Source: Rebecca billardiae RCC1528
Taxonomy: Eukaryota > Protista > Haptophyta
Length of the DNA stretch: 64,000 bases
Reading direction: 5' to 3'
NCBI GenBank assembly: GCA_965240325.2
Contig: OZ251228.1
Coordinates: 2,976,001 to 3,040,000 of the forward strand
Positions within the stretch are counted from its first letter, which is position 1; each line of letters begins with the position of its first letter. The translations under genes and the position numbers were made by a program. Below the pieces are notes generated by a model that saw nothing but the letters and a program-made list of their open reading frames with translations, was not told the origin of the DNA and did not search any database. This document shows, in pieces, positions 9,850-21,738 of the stretch.

Positions 9850-11063
9850 CAGGTGGATACGGGTGATCTGGACAGTGGCCGACCCAACTCACGCGGAGGC
9901 CTCCCTGGGAGCATTGGGGTCGAAGGGGCGCCAGGGACGGACTTCAGGGGGTCCCCGGAGTTCCGCCGCAGCGCGCTTTCTGCGCTGCGGGCCCGTCTCC
10001 GCGCGTGGCGGCCGCAATGGCACTGTCCAATTAGCCCCTGGCACTGGCTGAGGCATGGGAATCGAGCTCAGAGACGCGCGCGCGGAGGAAAAGCGTGTGC
10101 AGCGGCTCGGACGGTTGCTCTTGGACCTACCCACGCCAGCGCAACCGCGCCTTGCCTCGGAGTCCGCCCTTCCTGAGTCCGCGCACGCGCCTTGCGGCTT
10201 GAAACGCTGGCGTTCGCCCTTGTGCGCGGGACTCACCGTCACGAAACAAGGCGAAGGCGGCGAGAAGCGCGACCTGGCGCGTGCGCAGACGACGTCTCAC
10301 GACCAGGTGAGTTCAGCGAACATCGTGCGCCGTCGTGGCGACCCGCCAGTGGGCGCTCGTGCTCGTTCGCCCACGAGCCCTCGCCACGAGGCCCGCCGCC
10401 CGCTGAGTGTCCAGATAGCCCCTGTGTCCAGTTACGCACAACACACTTTTACCTGATGCTCCCCCCCCGACTCCTCTACCGTATTGGCAAATACGACAAT
10501 GTCCGCGCGCGCGATCTCGATTCTTTGTATGTGGCGTGGGGATTACTTTCATACAAACCGGCCTCCTAGGACAACCTACAAGAATGTGTGGAGAAGTACT
10601 CGCTCGCATATGCCATTCGTACTTTCCTATGCCGTGCTGAACGCCTTGCCGTTTCGATAACCGACCAAAAGCGTCGTCGGTATGCCGCCGACGCCGTTCG
10701 AAGCGTGCATGTGGCCACGCCTCCGAGTTTTTGCAGACAACGAGACGTGTGGCCCTTGCCGCCCTGGCCGGCGCAACGGCGGTGGCCGCGATGGCCGAAA
10801 AACCGCCGAAGCCGCCGAGCCCGGCCGCGGTTGTCCTCGAAGCTCTTTGCCGTACGTCGGCCTGCGTCCCAGAGTGGATGCACGGCCCACGAGAGGAGGT
10901 CGAGCGTGCAATTCCGTTTGCTCGTGGCGTGGTCCGGCGTGAATCCGCCGGGATGCCGACGGAGCCGCTCGCGACGCGCGGGCTGCACATGGCGGGCGTC
11001 GACCCCCTCGACGCGACGGAGACGCCAGATAGCCCCTGTGTCCAGTTAGCCCGTATCCACCTG
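9850..11063. mobile_element. Non-autonomous Tc1/mariner-like TIR element (MITE-like, 1214 bp)
   Basis: TA TSD at 9848-9849 and 11064-11065. 25-bp TIRs CAGGTGGATACGGG....CTGGACA match 22/25. Internal copies of the tgtcca(g/a).tagccc motif near 10024, 10408 and 11025. Confidence 0.8.
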
Positions 11064-11207
11064 TATCGACTCTGCAGGGACGAACAGCGCCCATGATTAT
11101 GCAATAATAACATAATACGGCCCGCCATAATAAGAAAGCGCGCCATCATAAAGCAGTCGTACTTTATCGCATCGATTAGGAGCATACTGGTAGATAGATT
11201 GGCGGCG

Positions 11208-12398
11208 ATGCACCGCCTGGTGGCGGCCGCGGTGGTCTGCGCGTCGCCGGCTGGCGATGGCGCCGCGGCCGGTGGCAACATGGCGCCCATCCACCGCGAG
11301 TGGTGGGCTCCGCTACACAGCGAGCTGGCGCGCGTGCCCGGCGCCTTGCTGCCGCACTGCTGCGACAACGAGCACATGTACAAGCCGTGCGCACCCAGCG
11401 CGGCGCGCATGCGGCTGCAGCGCTGGGTCGGGCCCGAGGGCGCGGTGCGCATCGGCGGGCCCGAGCGGCTGCGGCGGCACCTCGCGCATCGACGCGTGCT
11501 GATCGTGGGCGACAGCATCGCGCAGCAGTGGTACGAGAGCCTGCTGTGCTACGCTGGCACGCCGTTTGGCGGCTGGTTCAGCTCGGGCGCGCAGTGGGAC
11601 CAGGCGGGGCCGGACGCGGAGTACTCGGCGTGGGCCGCGGAGATCCGGCGCGACCTGCGCACCATGCCCTTACTGTTCAACATCCCGGGCTTCATCGGCT
11701 TCCACATCCAGCACCCCGCCCCCGTTGCGGCGCGCGGCGCGCTCGGCAACGGCTCGGCGCGCGGCGCGGGCTCCTCGGCAGCGCCGGGCCGGGTGCGCAA
11801 GCCCGTCGGTCTGCTCTTTATCAACATCAACGTGTACCTCGGCCAGCGCCGGGCGCACACGGCGCTGCCGATCGTGCTGCGCCACGCCGCCGCGCACGGC
11901 GTCGACCTCGCCGTCGTCGAGCCGGGCGGGCTGCACCTCAAGATGACAGACCTGCGGCGTGCGACCGAGTCGGTCGTGCGCGCGTGCGCCGAGCTGCCCC
12001 TGCGGTGCGCGCTGCGCGAGCCGACGCCGCAGCACTTCGCCTACCCCAAGTACCCGATGAACAGCTCGTGGGGCCTGCACCTGGGCCGCGCGAAGGGCGG
12101 CAAGTGCCGCCCCTTTCCCGGCGACGCGTACAAGGCCTCCGTCGCCGGGCTGCGCGGGCTCGTGCTCCGCAGCGCAGCGGGCGGGCTGCGCGTGCTGCCG
12201 GCGTTTGACGCACTCGCGCCGCTCGGCGACCTGCACGTGGGCGTGCTCGCGTGGAAGAGGAACAAGTCGGACTGCACGCACTACTGGTCGGACACGGAGA
12301 TCTGGGAGCCGCTGCACATTGGGCTCGTCGACCACCTGGACGCCGTCTTCGGCCGCGCGGCAGCTGGCGGCGGCAGCGCGGCTCATGGCCGAGTTTAA
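11208..12398 (+). CDS. TBL / PC-esterase (SGNH-type) O-acyltransferase, copy 1
   Basis: Signal/anchor N-terminus, RVLIVGDSIAQQWYESLLC (GDS) and DCTHY (DxxH) motifs. Confidence 0.8.
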   Translation: MHRLVAAAVVCASPAGDGAAAGGNMAPIHREWWAPLHSELARVPGALLPHCCDNEHMYKPCAPSAARMRLQRWVGPEGAVRIGGPERLRRHLAHRRVLIVGDSIAQQWYESLLCYAGTPFGGWFSSGAQWDQAGPDAEYSAWAAEIRRDLRTMPLLFNIPGFIGFHIQHPAPVAARGALGNGSARGAGSSAAPGRVRKPVGLLFININVYLGQRRAHTALPIVLRHAAAHGVDLAVVEPGGLHLKMTDLRRATESVVRACAELPLRCALREPTPQHFAYPKYPMNSSWGLHLGRAKGGKCRPFPGDAYKASVAGLRGLVLRSAAGGLRVLPAFDALAPLGDLHVGVLAWKRNKSDCTHYWSDTEIWEPLHIGLVDHLDAVFGRAAAGGGSAAHGRV

Positions 12399-12505
12399 TT
12401 AATACGTTCAGTTTATTACTCGTCATTGATTTAACGATGACAATGATTTCCAGCGCGCATTTTCCCGCCTACCAGTTGCACGGTTGGCATCGTCGCGAGG
12501 AAGCG

Positions 12506-13750
12506 ATGGCGGCGATGCACCGCCTGGTGGCGGCCGCGGTGGTCTGCGCGTCGCCAGCTGGCGATGGCGCCGCGGCCGGTGGCAACATGGCGCCCATCCA
12601 CCGCGAGTGGTGGGCTCCGCTGCACAGTGAGCTGGCGCGCGTGCCCGGCGCCTCGCTGCCGCACTGCTGCGACAACGAGCACGCGTACAAGCCGTGCGCG
12701 CCCGGCGCGGCGCGCGCGCGGCTGCGGCGCTGGGTCGGGCCCGAGGGCGCGGTGCGCATCGGCGGGCCCGAGCGGCTGCGGCGGCACCTCGCGCATCGAC
12801 GCGTGCTGATCGTGGGCGACAGCATCGCGCAGCAGTGGTACGAGAGCCTGCTGTGCTACGCTGGCACGCCGTTTGGCGGCTGGTTCAGCTCGGGCGCGCA
12901 GTGGGACCCGGTGGGGCCGGACGCGGAGTACGCGGCGTGGGCCGCGGAGATCCGGCGCGACCTGCACGCCATGCCCGTGCTGAATATCCCGGGCTTCATC
13001 GGCTTCCACATCCAGCACCCCGCCCCCGCGGCGGCGCGCGGCGCGCTCGGCAACGGCTCGGCGCGCGGCGCGGGCTCCTCGGCAGCGCCGGGCCGGGTGC
13101 GCAAGCCCGTCGGTCTGCTCTTCATCAACATCAACGTGTACCTCGACCAGCGCCGGGCGCACACGGCGCTGCCGATCGTGCTGCGCCACGCCGCCGCGCA
13201 CGGCGTCGACCTCGCCGTCGTCGAGCCGGGCGGGCTGCACCTCAAGACGACAGACCTGCGGCGTGCGACCGAGTCGGTCGTGCGCGCGTGCGCCGAGCTG
13301 CCCCTGCGGTGCGCGCTGCGCGAGCCGACGCCGCAGCACTTCGCCTACCCCAAGTACCCGATGAGCACCTCGTGGGGGCTGCACCTGGGCCGCGCGAAGG
13401 GCGGCAAGTGCCGCCCCTTTCCCGGCGACGCGTACAAGGCCTCCGTCGCCGGGCTGCGCGGGCTCGTGCTCCGCAGCGCAGCGGGCGGGCTGCGCGTGCT
13501 GCCGGCGTTTGACGCACTCGCGCCGCTCGGCGACCTGCACGTGGGCGTGCTCGCGTGGAAGAGGAACAAGTCGGACTGCACGCACTACTGGTCGGACACG
13601 GAGATCTGGGAGCCGCTGCACATTGGGCTCGTCGACCACCTGGACGCCGTCTTCGGCCGCGCCGCCCGCGCGGCAGCTGGCGGCGGCAGCGCGGCTCCCC
13701 CCGTCGTCGGCGACGGAACATTGGGATCGACGACACTGCTACAACGATGA
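12506..13750 (+). CDS. TBL / PC-esterase (SGNH-type) O-acyltransferase, copy 2
   Basis: Near-identical tandem paralog with the same GDS and DCTH motifs; ATG at 12506. Confidence 0.8.
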   Translation: MAAMHRLVAAAVVCASPAGDGAAAGGNMAPIHREWWAPLHSELARVPGASLPHCCDNEHAYKPCAPGAARARLRRWVGPEGAVRIGGPERLRRHLAHRRVLIVGDSIAQQWYESLLCYAGTPFGGWFSSGAQWDPVGPDAEYAAWAAEIRRDLHAMPVLNIPGFIGFHIQHPAPAAARGALGNGSARGAGSSAAPGRVRKPVGLLFININVYLDQRRAHTALPIVLRHAAAHGVDLAVVEPGGLHLKTTDLRRATESVVRACAELPLRCALREPTPQHFAYPKYPMSTSWGLHLGRAKGGKCRPFPGDAYKASVAGLRGLVLRSAAGGLRVLPAFDALAPLGDLHVGVLAWKRNKSDCTHYWSDTEIWEPLHIGLVDHLDAVFGRAARAAAGGGSAAPPVVGDGTLGSTTLLQR

Positions 13751-14066
13751 GAAATCGCGATGAGACAGCGGGATATTGTATCGCGAATAGTATTCATCAT
13801 TGGCGAATCGGCCGCCAGTTTTCTGATGCCGCGAAGATGGATAGGACTTCAGCTCATTTGCTACCGGAAGTCTTTCGCTGGAGCACGGGCCCTTGGCTGG
13901 AGGAATAATATGAAAGTCGATCCCGCCATCCTGTGAATTCATGAATCCGGGTACCGTTACCAGTGTAATTTCGAGCGGCGGCCGCCGGGGCGGGCCGCGA
14001 TCCCGGCCGCTCGCCCAGCGCCTCGCCTGCGCACCCGCCGCGCTCCGCCCAGCCCGAGCCCGAGCC

Positions 14067-17000
14067 ATGCTGCGTGCGTCGGCCGCGCTGATCGCTCTCG
14101 CGGCGTGCGCGCTGTGCGTCGCGGGCGAGCCCATCCCGCCGGACGAGCGCTCCGCCCGCCAGCTCGAGGCGGCCGACGAGGCGCCGCTCACCGAGGAGGA
14201 GGTGGCCAAGCTCAAGCCGCTCATCCGCTCCATCCTCGCGCGCAAGACGACGGCGGAGCTCCTCGTGCTGGGCGGGATGGACTGGATGGACGAGGAGGTC
14301 ATCGAGGAGCTCGACGCCGCGCAGGAGTTCGCCGACGGCGGCGCGTTCGTCGCGTGGTGCGGCGCGCACGGCCGCGACGCGTCGTCCTCGGGCGGCGCGC
14401 ACCTGCTCACGCCGGACGAGCTGGCGCAGGCGTGCAAGGAGCGCTCGGCCGCGGGCGCGCCCGAGCCCGAGGTGCGCTCGGTCTCGCTCTCGGCCCTCGC
14501 CGCCGCCTCGCCCTCGACCATCGTGACGGTGCCCGTCGCCTTCCACGTGTTCAACAACCTGGCGAGCACGGCCGACTGCCTGCTCGGCCTCCGGCGCATG
14601 AACGAGAACTACGCGGGGATGCAGACGCGGCTGGGGCTGGTGGGCTCGCGCTCGGCGCCGCACGGCGAGCGGCCCGAGACGGGCGTCCGCTTCGAGCTCG
14701 TCGGTATCCACCAGCACACCGACGACGCGCGCGCCGACTGCGGGCGCGAGGGCCGCACGTTCCAGCGCTCGATCGCGTACGCGGAGGAGTACGGCGCAGA
14801 CCCGTGGCAGGTGGTGAACGTCTTCGTGTGCACCAACGAGTACGCGGGGTACGCGTACCTGCCGTCGTACCCGTCGTGGACCAAGGGGCTCAACGCCTTC
14901 ATGAACCCGTCGTACATCACCGCGCAGACGCTCTCGCACGAGCTGGGCCACGGGCTGGGGCTCGCGCACACCTTCTCGGGCGGCTGCTCGGCCGACAACG
15001 ACGGCGTCGACGACACGCCCGCGATGAGCGACGCCTCGCACTGGCAGGGCTGCCTCGCGCGCGGGCGGGGGCCGCCCTCGCCGAGCGACACGTGCCCCGG
15101 CATGCCCGGCGCCGACGCCGCGGACAACATCATGAGCTACAACTACCAGAACTGCCGGCAGCGCTTCACGCCCGGCCAGGCGGCGCGGATCGCGGCCAAG
15201 TCTGGCTACGGCCGCCCTCGGATCTTCAGCCCGTCCGCGGAGCGGCTCAAGTTCAAGGTGGTGGGCGCCGGCCGGTGCACGCAGCCCACGGCGACGCTGG
15301 GCAGCGACGACACGCTCGACGCGTGCCTCGGCCGCGCGCTCTCCAAGTTCCCCTCGCAGCCCGCGCTCGCGGTGAGCCACCAGTGGCGCACGCACGAGTG
15401 CCGCGTCTTTGGCGCGCACGAGTGCGACGACCCGGCCGGCCTGGCGGAGGCGGGCTCGCAGTGGGCGACGTACGTGCTGCGCGCGGGCGGGCCGGAGGAC
15501 CGCTCGGGCGCGTGGGTCGCGAGCCGCGGCTCGTCCGCCGCCCTCTCCCTCGCCCAGCAGCACGCGCCGGTGGGCGGCTCGCTGAGCGTGAGCGTGTCTG
15601 ACGACCTCTACCTCACCTCGGACGACAACTGGCTGGCGCTCCTCCCCGCCGGCACCGACCTGGGCGGCGCGCCGACGCCCGCGGCCGAGCTGAAGATCGG
15701 GGACGCGCTCGGCAGCGCGCAGGTGAGCTACGCCGCCGACGGCCGTCGCACCGCCACGCTCCAGCTGAGCGCGCCCTCGGTGGCCGGCTCGTACGAGCTG
15801 CACTACCTGTGCTGCGGCGGGTACCGGCCTCTGGCTGAGCCCGTGCACGTCGGGGTCGGAGGGGGCGCGGCGTCGCCGCCGCCGCCGCCGAGCCCCGCGC
15901 CGCCGCCGCGGGCGCCGTCCCCGTCGCCGCTCTCCACCGCGCCCCCGCCGCCGCCCTCGAGCGGCGGCGAGTGCGTCGACGTCACCATCGCCATCGTCCC
16001 AGACAGGTACCCAACCGAGATGTCGTGAGTAGCGCGCGCGCCCGCGCCGCCACGCGCGCCGCGCGAGCGCGCCGCGCCGCAGCCCGACCGGCTGGGGAGG
16101 GACGGGCTGGCGTCGGCGTGGGGCTCGGGCCGAGCTGCGCCGCGCGCCGCGCCGACCTCCCCTCTGCCGCTGCCACCCCCCGGCCCCTACCCGCGCGCAG
16201 CTGGCAGCTGGCCAACCACCACGACCACACCGTGGCGCAGGGCACCTCGAGCGGCAGCACGGTGTGCGTGCACCCGGGGCTGTACGAGTTCACGGCGCTC
16301 GACTCGTGAGCGCGCGCACACACACGCACACGCGCGCGCGCGAGAGAGAGAGGGCACGCGGTGGCGCCCCGCGCGGCGCCGACTGCTCACGCGCCGCCGC
16401 CCCGCGCCGGTGCGCTCGCCACCGCACGCGCCCGCGTGCACACGCGCGCCCGCGCCCCTTCCCTTCCCAGGCACGGCGACGGCTGGTGCTGCGGGTACGG
16501 CCACGGCGGCTTCAGCCTGCAGTACCACGGCGAGGTGGTGGCGCGGGGCGGCGAGTTCGGCCGGGTGCAGACGGTGCAGCTGGATGTGGTCGCGAAGGGC
16601 ACGCCGCAGACCGCGCACGTGCAGCTCAAGCTCACGCCCGACCGCTACCCCAACGAGGTGAGCTGGCGCGTAACCGACTCCTCGGCCGTGACGGTGATGC
16701 AGGGCACAGAGGCGCGCGGGGACGAGGAGGAGCTGGTGGCTGGCGCGTACACGCTCACGCTCACGGACTCGTACGGGGACGGCATGTGCTGCGCGTACGG
16801 GCAGGGCTCGTACGAGCTCCTCGTCGACGGCGAGCTCGTCGCCAGCGGCGGCGACTTCGGCTCCGAGGTCTCGCACCAGTTCAGCGTCGGCGCAGCGAGC
16901 AGCGTGCGCGCGACCAAGCCGCCCGCCGCGCGCGGACGCGGCGGCCTCGCGCGCGCGCGCGTGCCGATGGGCACGCTCGTGGCCGTGGGCGCCGCCCTGG

Positions 17001-17098
17001 CCGTGGGCCTGGCGGTCGGCAGCGCCGCCGGGCGCTCGCTCGCGCACCACTCGCACGAGGAGGCGTCGAAGCAGACCCGCCCGTCGCAGCTCCTCTGA
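14067..17098 (+). CDS. M43 (pappalysin/ulilysin-like) zinc metalloprotease with two DS(H/Y)GDGxCC domains and a C-terminal TM (introns 16025-16200, 16306-16470)
   Basis: Signal peptide, HELGHGLGLAHTF zinc motif, DGVDDTP, Met-turn NIMSY. Repeated PDRYPxExSW...DS(H/Y)GDG(W/M)CC..G.G modules are restored by removing two GT-AG introns. Confidence 0.85.
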
Positions 17099-17751
17099 GC
17101 AGCGCGCGAGCTCGGCGGCTGCCAACGCAGTAAACGCGCAGCGCGCGGCGCATCATCATCGTCGTCATCACTAAGCTGTAGCGCGCAGCGCACTACAGTA
17201 CTGATGTCGTCTGCTGCGCGCGCGACTGATGGCACTGTGTATAGCGCAGCGCGCGCGCAGTAGTCGATCGTCGTCGCGACGATATATCCGCCGCCCCTCT
17301 CTCAGATAGACCACAGCATTGTATAGCGCAGTAGTACTAGTAGCAGTCGATCTACTTAAAGTAGTCATCGCGCGTGTCTATATAACGAGAACTTCATCAT
17401 CAGTATCGGGCCAACCATCGCCGGCGTCGGCGGCCCTTGGCATTATGGCGGGGCCCCACTGAGTCACTGAGTAGGGCGGGCTTGACGTACGCGCCGCCGG
17501 CGCGCGCGCCCGGCTCGTCAGTATACTGACTGATGTACGTAGCAGCTCGATCAGCCTCATAGGCTTCGTAAAGACGAGCAGCGACGCCGACGAGTCGATC
17601 GACGAATAATCGTACGACGCCGTCGCGCGTCGCGGTGTGTGACCAGACTCGGCAGCAGACAGTCGACAGTCGTGCTGCGTGATACATGGCGCGCGCTAGA
17701 TCGCGCTCGATCTGCTGCGCGCGCGACTGCCGCCTGCCCGCCTCATCGGAG

Positions 17752-20700
17752 TCATCCGCGGAAGATGAAGTGCAGCGCGCTGAGCGCGCGCACAATCGCC
17801 GTGCCCATCGCGCCGAGCAGCGCGCGATTCGAGCGCGCGACCAGCCGGTTGGCGGCGTGCGCGAGGCTGGGCCCCGCGTGCGCGGCGAGCAGCAGCGCGG
17901 GCTCGTGCACGAGCAGCGCGCCGAGCAGCGCGCCGCCCCACGCGCGCAGCATGGCGCGCGTCTTGGCCTCGCCGAAGAGGCGGCCGTACACGATCACGAG
18001 GGCGCACAGCCCGACGAACGTGCCGAGCATCAGCGCCCACGCGCACGCGGCGTGCGCGCGCAGCCGGCAGCGCTCGCGCTCGGGCGGCGCGTCGTCCTCG
18101 GCGGGCGCGCACGGCCGCGCGCGCGAGCCGCGCCGCCGGCGCGCGCCCTCCTCGCGCCGCGCCGTGTACCAGCGCACGAGCTGCGACTCGACCACGTGGC
18201 CGGCGCGCGGGCCGAGCGCGCCGTCCGGCAGCGGCACGGCGCCGAGCTCGCGCGTGAGGCGGCGCTGCTCGACCGCGGTGAGCGGCTCGCCCAGCTCGGT
18301 CATGAGCACGCCCACCTCGGCCGCGTCGAGCGCGCCGCTGCCCGAGAGGTCGTACATCTTGAAGGCGACGCGCAGCGCGTGCAGCTCGGCGCTGCGCACC
18401 GAGTCGGCGGAGGAGGCGGCGGAGGTGGCGCGGGAGGAGGCGGAGGAGGCGGCGGGGCTCACGCGGCTGCGGTGCGCGCGCCCAGAGCCGGGGTGCGGCG
18501 GGGTGGGCGGCGCACAGCCACAGGCCCAGCGCTCGGGCGCGGGCGCGGCGGCGGCGGCGCGCGCGGCGGCGGCGCTGCCGGGCGGCGGCGGCGCGAGGGG
18601 CGGCAGCGGCGGGCGCGCGCGCGCGCGCGGCGGCGAGGCCGGGCGCGGCGGCGAGGGCGGCGGCGAGTGCGCGCCGCTGCCGCCGCCCGCCGGCGGCGTG
18701 CAGCTGCTCGACGCGAGCGACGGCGGCGTGGCCGACGCGGCGCCGCGCGGCGAGTCGGCCGCCGCCGCGCGCCGCGCCGCCGCCAGCCCGAGCGGCAGGT
18801 CGGCCATCACAGGCGCCACCACCTGGTCCCACCCGCCGCGCCGCGCCGCGCGGTGCGCGGCCGCGCGCAGCTCGCGCCGCGTCGCCGCGCCGAGCGCGCC
18901 GCCGCCGCCGCCGGCCGCGAGCGTGGCGCGGCGCGGCGCGCCGCCGGCCGCGCCGCCCGGCGGCGCGACCGGCGCCGGCGGGTGCGGCGCGCCCGGCGGC
19001 GCGCCCGCGCAGCCCAGCCCGACGCGGCCCGCCGCGCGCGGCAGCTGTGCGTGGGTGGCCGCGCGGCGCGCGGCGCTCGGCCGCGGCGCGAGCGGCGGCG
19101 CCGCGTGCCGCGCGCCGCGCGGCCGCGCGCCGCGCGGCGGCCGCTCGGCCGCGCCGCCGCCCTCCGCGTCCGAGTCGGCGCCGCTCTCGAAGCCGCACGC
19201 GTCGCGCGGCGACGACGCGGCGGACGCGCGCGCCGACGGCGGCGCGCCGCTGCCGCCGCCGCCGCCGCCGCCGCCGCGCGCCTCGGCCGCCTCGAGCGGC
19301 CCGTCGTCGTCGCCGTCGCCCTCGTCCGCGGCGGCGGCGGCGATCGCGGCGGCGCTGATGCGCGCCGAGCCGGTGGCGAGCAGGGTGGGCTGCGCGCGCA
19401 CGACGGTGGCGCCCACCATCGGCAGCTCGGGGCCGCGCGAGCGCGCGCTGTCGGGCGCGAGCCTCGCACTGTACGCGCCGCCGCTGCCCGCGCTCCGCGC
19501 CGAGCGCGCGGAGACGCTGCCGCCGTCGCCGCCGCCGTCCGCGCGCTGACAGCGCTGGCGGCACGGTGCGCCCGAGCCGCGCGGCGCGCGAGAGCGAGCG
19601 CTGCCGTGCGCAGAGCCGAGCGCGGCGGGCGCGGCTGCGCCGAGCTCGGGCGAGGGTGCGGCTGCGGGGCCGAAGAAGTCCGCATCGGTGGCGGCGCCCA
19701 CCGCCTCCGCCTCCGCCTCCGCCTCGGCCTCCGCCTCCGCCTCCGCCTCGGCCTCCGCCTCCGCCACGCCGACGCCGTCGGCGCACGTGCCGTGCGCGCC
19801 GCGCGCGCGCTGGTCGGAGGAGGACGGCGGCTGCGCGCACGCGGCGGCGCACGCGGCGGCGCCCGCGGCGGCGCCCTCCTCGGGCGGCGGCCGTGCGCCG
19901 CCCGCGCCGTCCGCGGCGGCGCGCGGCGGCGTGCGCCCGCTCGCGATCGCGGGCGCCGCCGAGGCTGGGCGCGCGCCGCGCGCGAGCGCGCACGCGCCGG
20001 CGCGGTGCGCGGTGCTGGTGGGCGCCACGCGGTCGAGCGCGCGCGCGCACCCGCGCGCCTCCGCGCTGCGCGGGCGCGACGCGGGCGCGTCGGCGGCGGC
20101 CGCGCGCCACAGCGGCAGCTGCGCCTCCGCCGCGCGCGTCGCCCACAGCGGAGCCGCGGGCGGCGGCGGCGGCGGGTGCGGAGACGACGACGACGCGCGT
20201 GCGGCGGCGGGTGCGGCGGCAGCCGGCGCGGCCGGCGGCGGCGAGCAGGCGGCGGGCGGGCGCGCGCTGAGCGGCGGCGTGCCCGGCGCGCCCGCGGCCG
20301 GCAGGCGCGGGTGCTGCAGCTGCGGCAGCGGCGAGCCGAGCGCGGGCGTGGGCGCGCACGAGGCGGTGGGCGAGGAGAAGGGCGGCGTGGGCACGGCCAC
20401 GCGCAGCACCGGCCGCCGCGCGCCGCCCGCCGCTCCGGCCCCCGCCGCGAGGGCGGCGCGCCACGCGGGCGAGCTCGCGGCCGAGGGCGGGTGGTGCTCT
20501 GCGCACGGCGCCTCGGCGTCCGGCTCGAGCGCGGCGGGCGGCGGCGGGCGGCGGCTCCAGCAGCGCGTGCCGCCGAGGAGCGAGGCGGCGCACTGCAGCA
20601 CCACCGGCGAGCCCAGCCACCCGGACCCGCCTCCGCGCGCGGGCGAGGCGGCCGCCGCGCGCTGCTCGGCGGCGGCGGCGGCGGCGGTGGCGGCCGCGAC

Positions 20701-21705
20701 CGCGTGCGCCGCCGCCTTGGCGCGCGCGTCGCGCTGTGCGCCGAGCTCCGCCTCGGTCGCGCGCTGCGAGAGGAGCGCGTGCAGCCCGACGTACAGCCGG
20801 CGCGCGGGCGCGGCGCGGGCGCGCGCGCCGCACGAGCGCCAGATGGCGTTGAAGGCGGCAAGCGCGGGCCCGGCCAGCAGCGCGCCCACCGCACCGTTCA
20901 CGGCCGCGCGCGCCGCGCCGCCGTGCGCGGGCTCCTGCTCGGGCTGCTCGGGCTGTGGCGCGTACAGCATGCACTCGGCGACCAGCTGCAGCGCGCCCAG
21001 GTTGAAGAGCGTCTGCACGAGCTCGGCGCGGCGCGGGAACGCCTCGGCGGGCGCGAGCAGCAGGCTGAGCGCGCTGTGCCCGTCGGCGAGTGCGAGCGCC
21101 GCGCGCCGCGCCGCGTCCGCCCACGAGCCCTGCTGCCGCCGCCGCCGGTCCGAGCCCGAGTCCCAGCGCACCGACGGGCCGAAGCGCTCGTGCGCGGGCG
21201 CGTAGGGCGAGAGGCCGCCTGGCGAGAACAGGCTGCCGCCCGGCGAGAGCAGCGAGCGCGCGTCGGGCGAGGGCGGCCGGCTGGGCGCCGAGCGGCACCA
21301 CCCGGGCGCCGGCCGCGCAGCCGGCCGCTCAGCCCCAGCCTGAGCCTCAGCCTGATCGAGGCGCGAGGCCTGCAGCGGGGAGCTCGGGCGCACGCGCTCG
21401 CGCGCCCAGCGCATGGAGGCGGAGGGCGCGCGCGCCGGCCGCGCCGGCGGCGTGCGGCTGCGCGGCGGCGCGGGTCGCACGAGAGGCGAGGCGCTGCGTG
21501 CGCTGCGCGCGCTGCTCGGCGGGCGGCCGCGCACCGGGCGCACGGAGCCGACGCGCGGCGCGGGGCCCACGCCCGCACCGCACCCGCACCCGCGGGCGTC
21601 GGCGTCGGCGGCCGCGTCGGCGTCGGCGTCGGGTGCGGGTGCGTACGCGCGGGGCGGCACGGCCGGCGAGTTGTCTCGCGTCGAGGCGGCGGCCGGGCTG
21701 GCCAT

Positions 21706-21738
<33 letters not shown>

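Larger units (their letters stand above)
7674..11127. mobile_element. Candidate degenerate TIR DNA element (TA|TGGCGGGCCGTA ... TACGGCCCGCCA|TA) hosting nested insertions
   Basis: 14-bp perfect inverted repeat including TA at 7672-7685 and 11116-11129. Subterminal direct repeat aaaagaaaatcgcctcgc x2 near 7734-7773. Interior has only broken ORFs. Confidence 0.4.
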
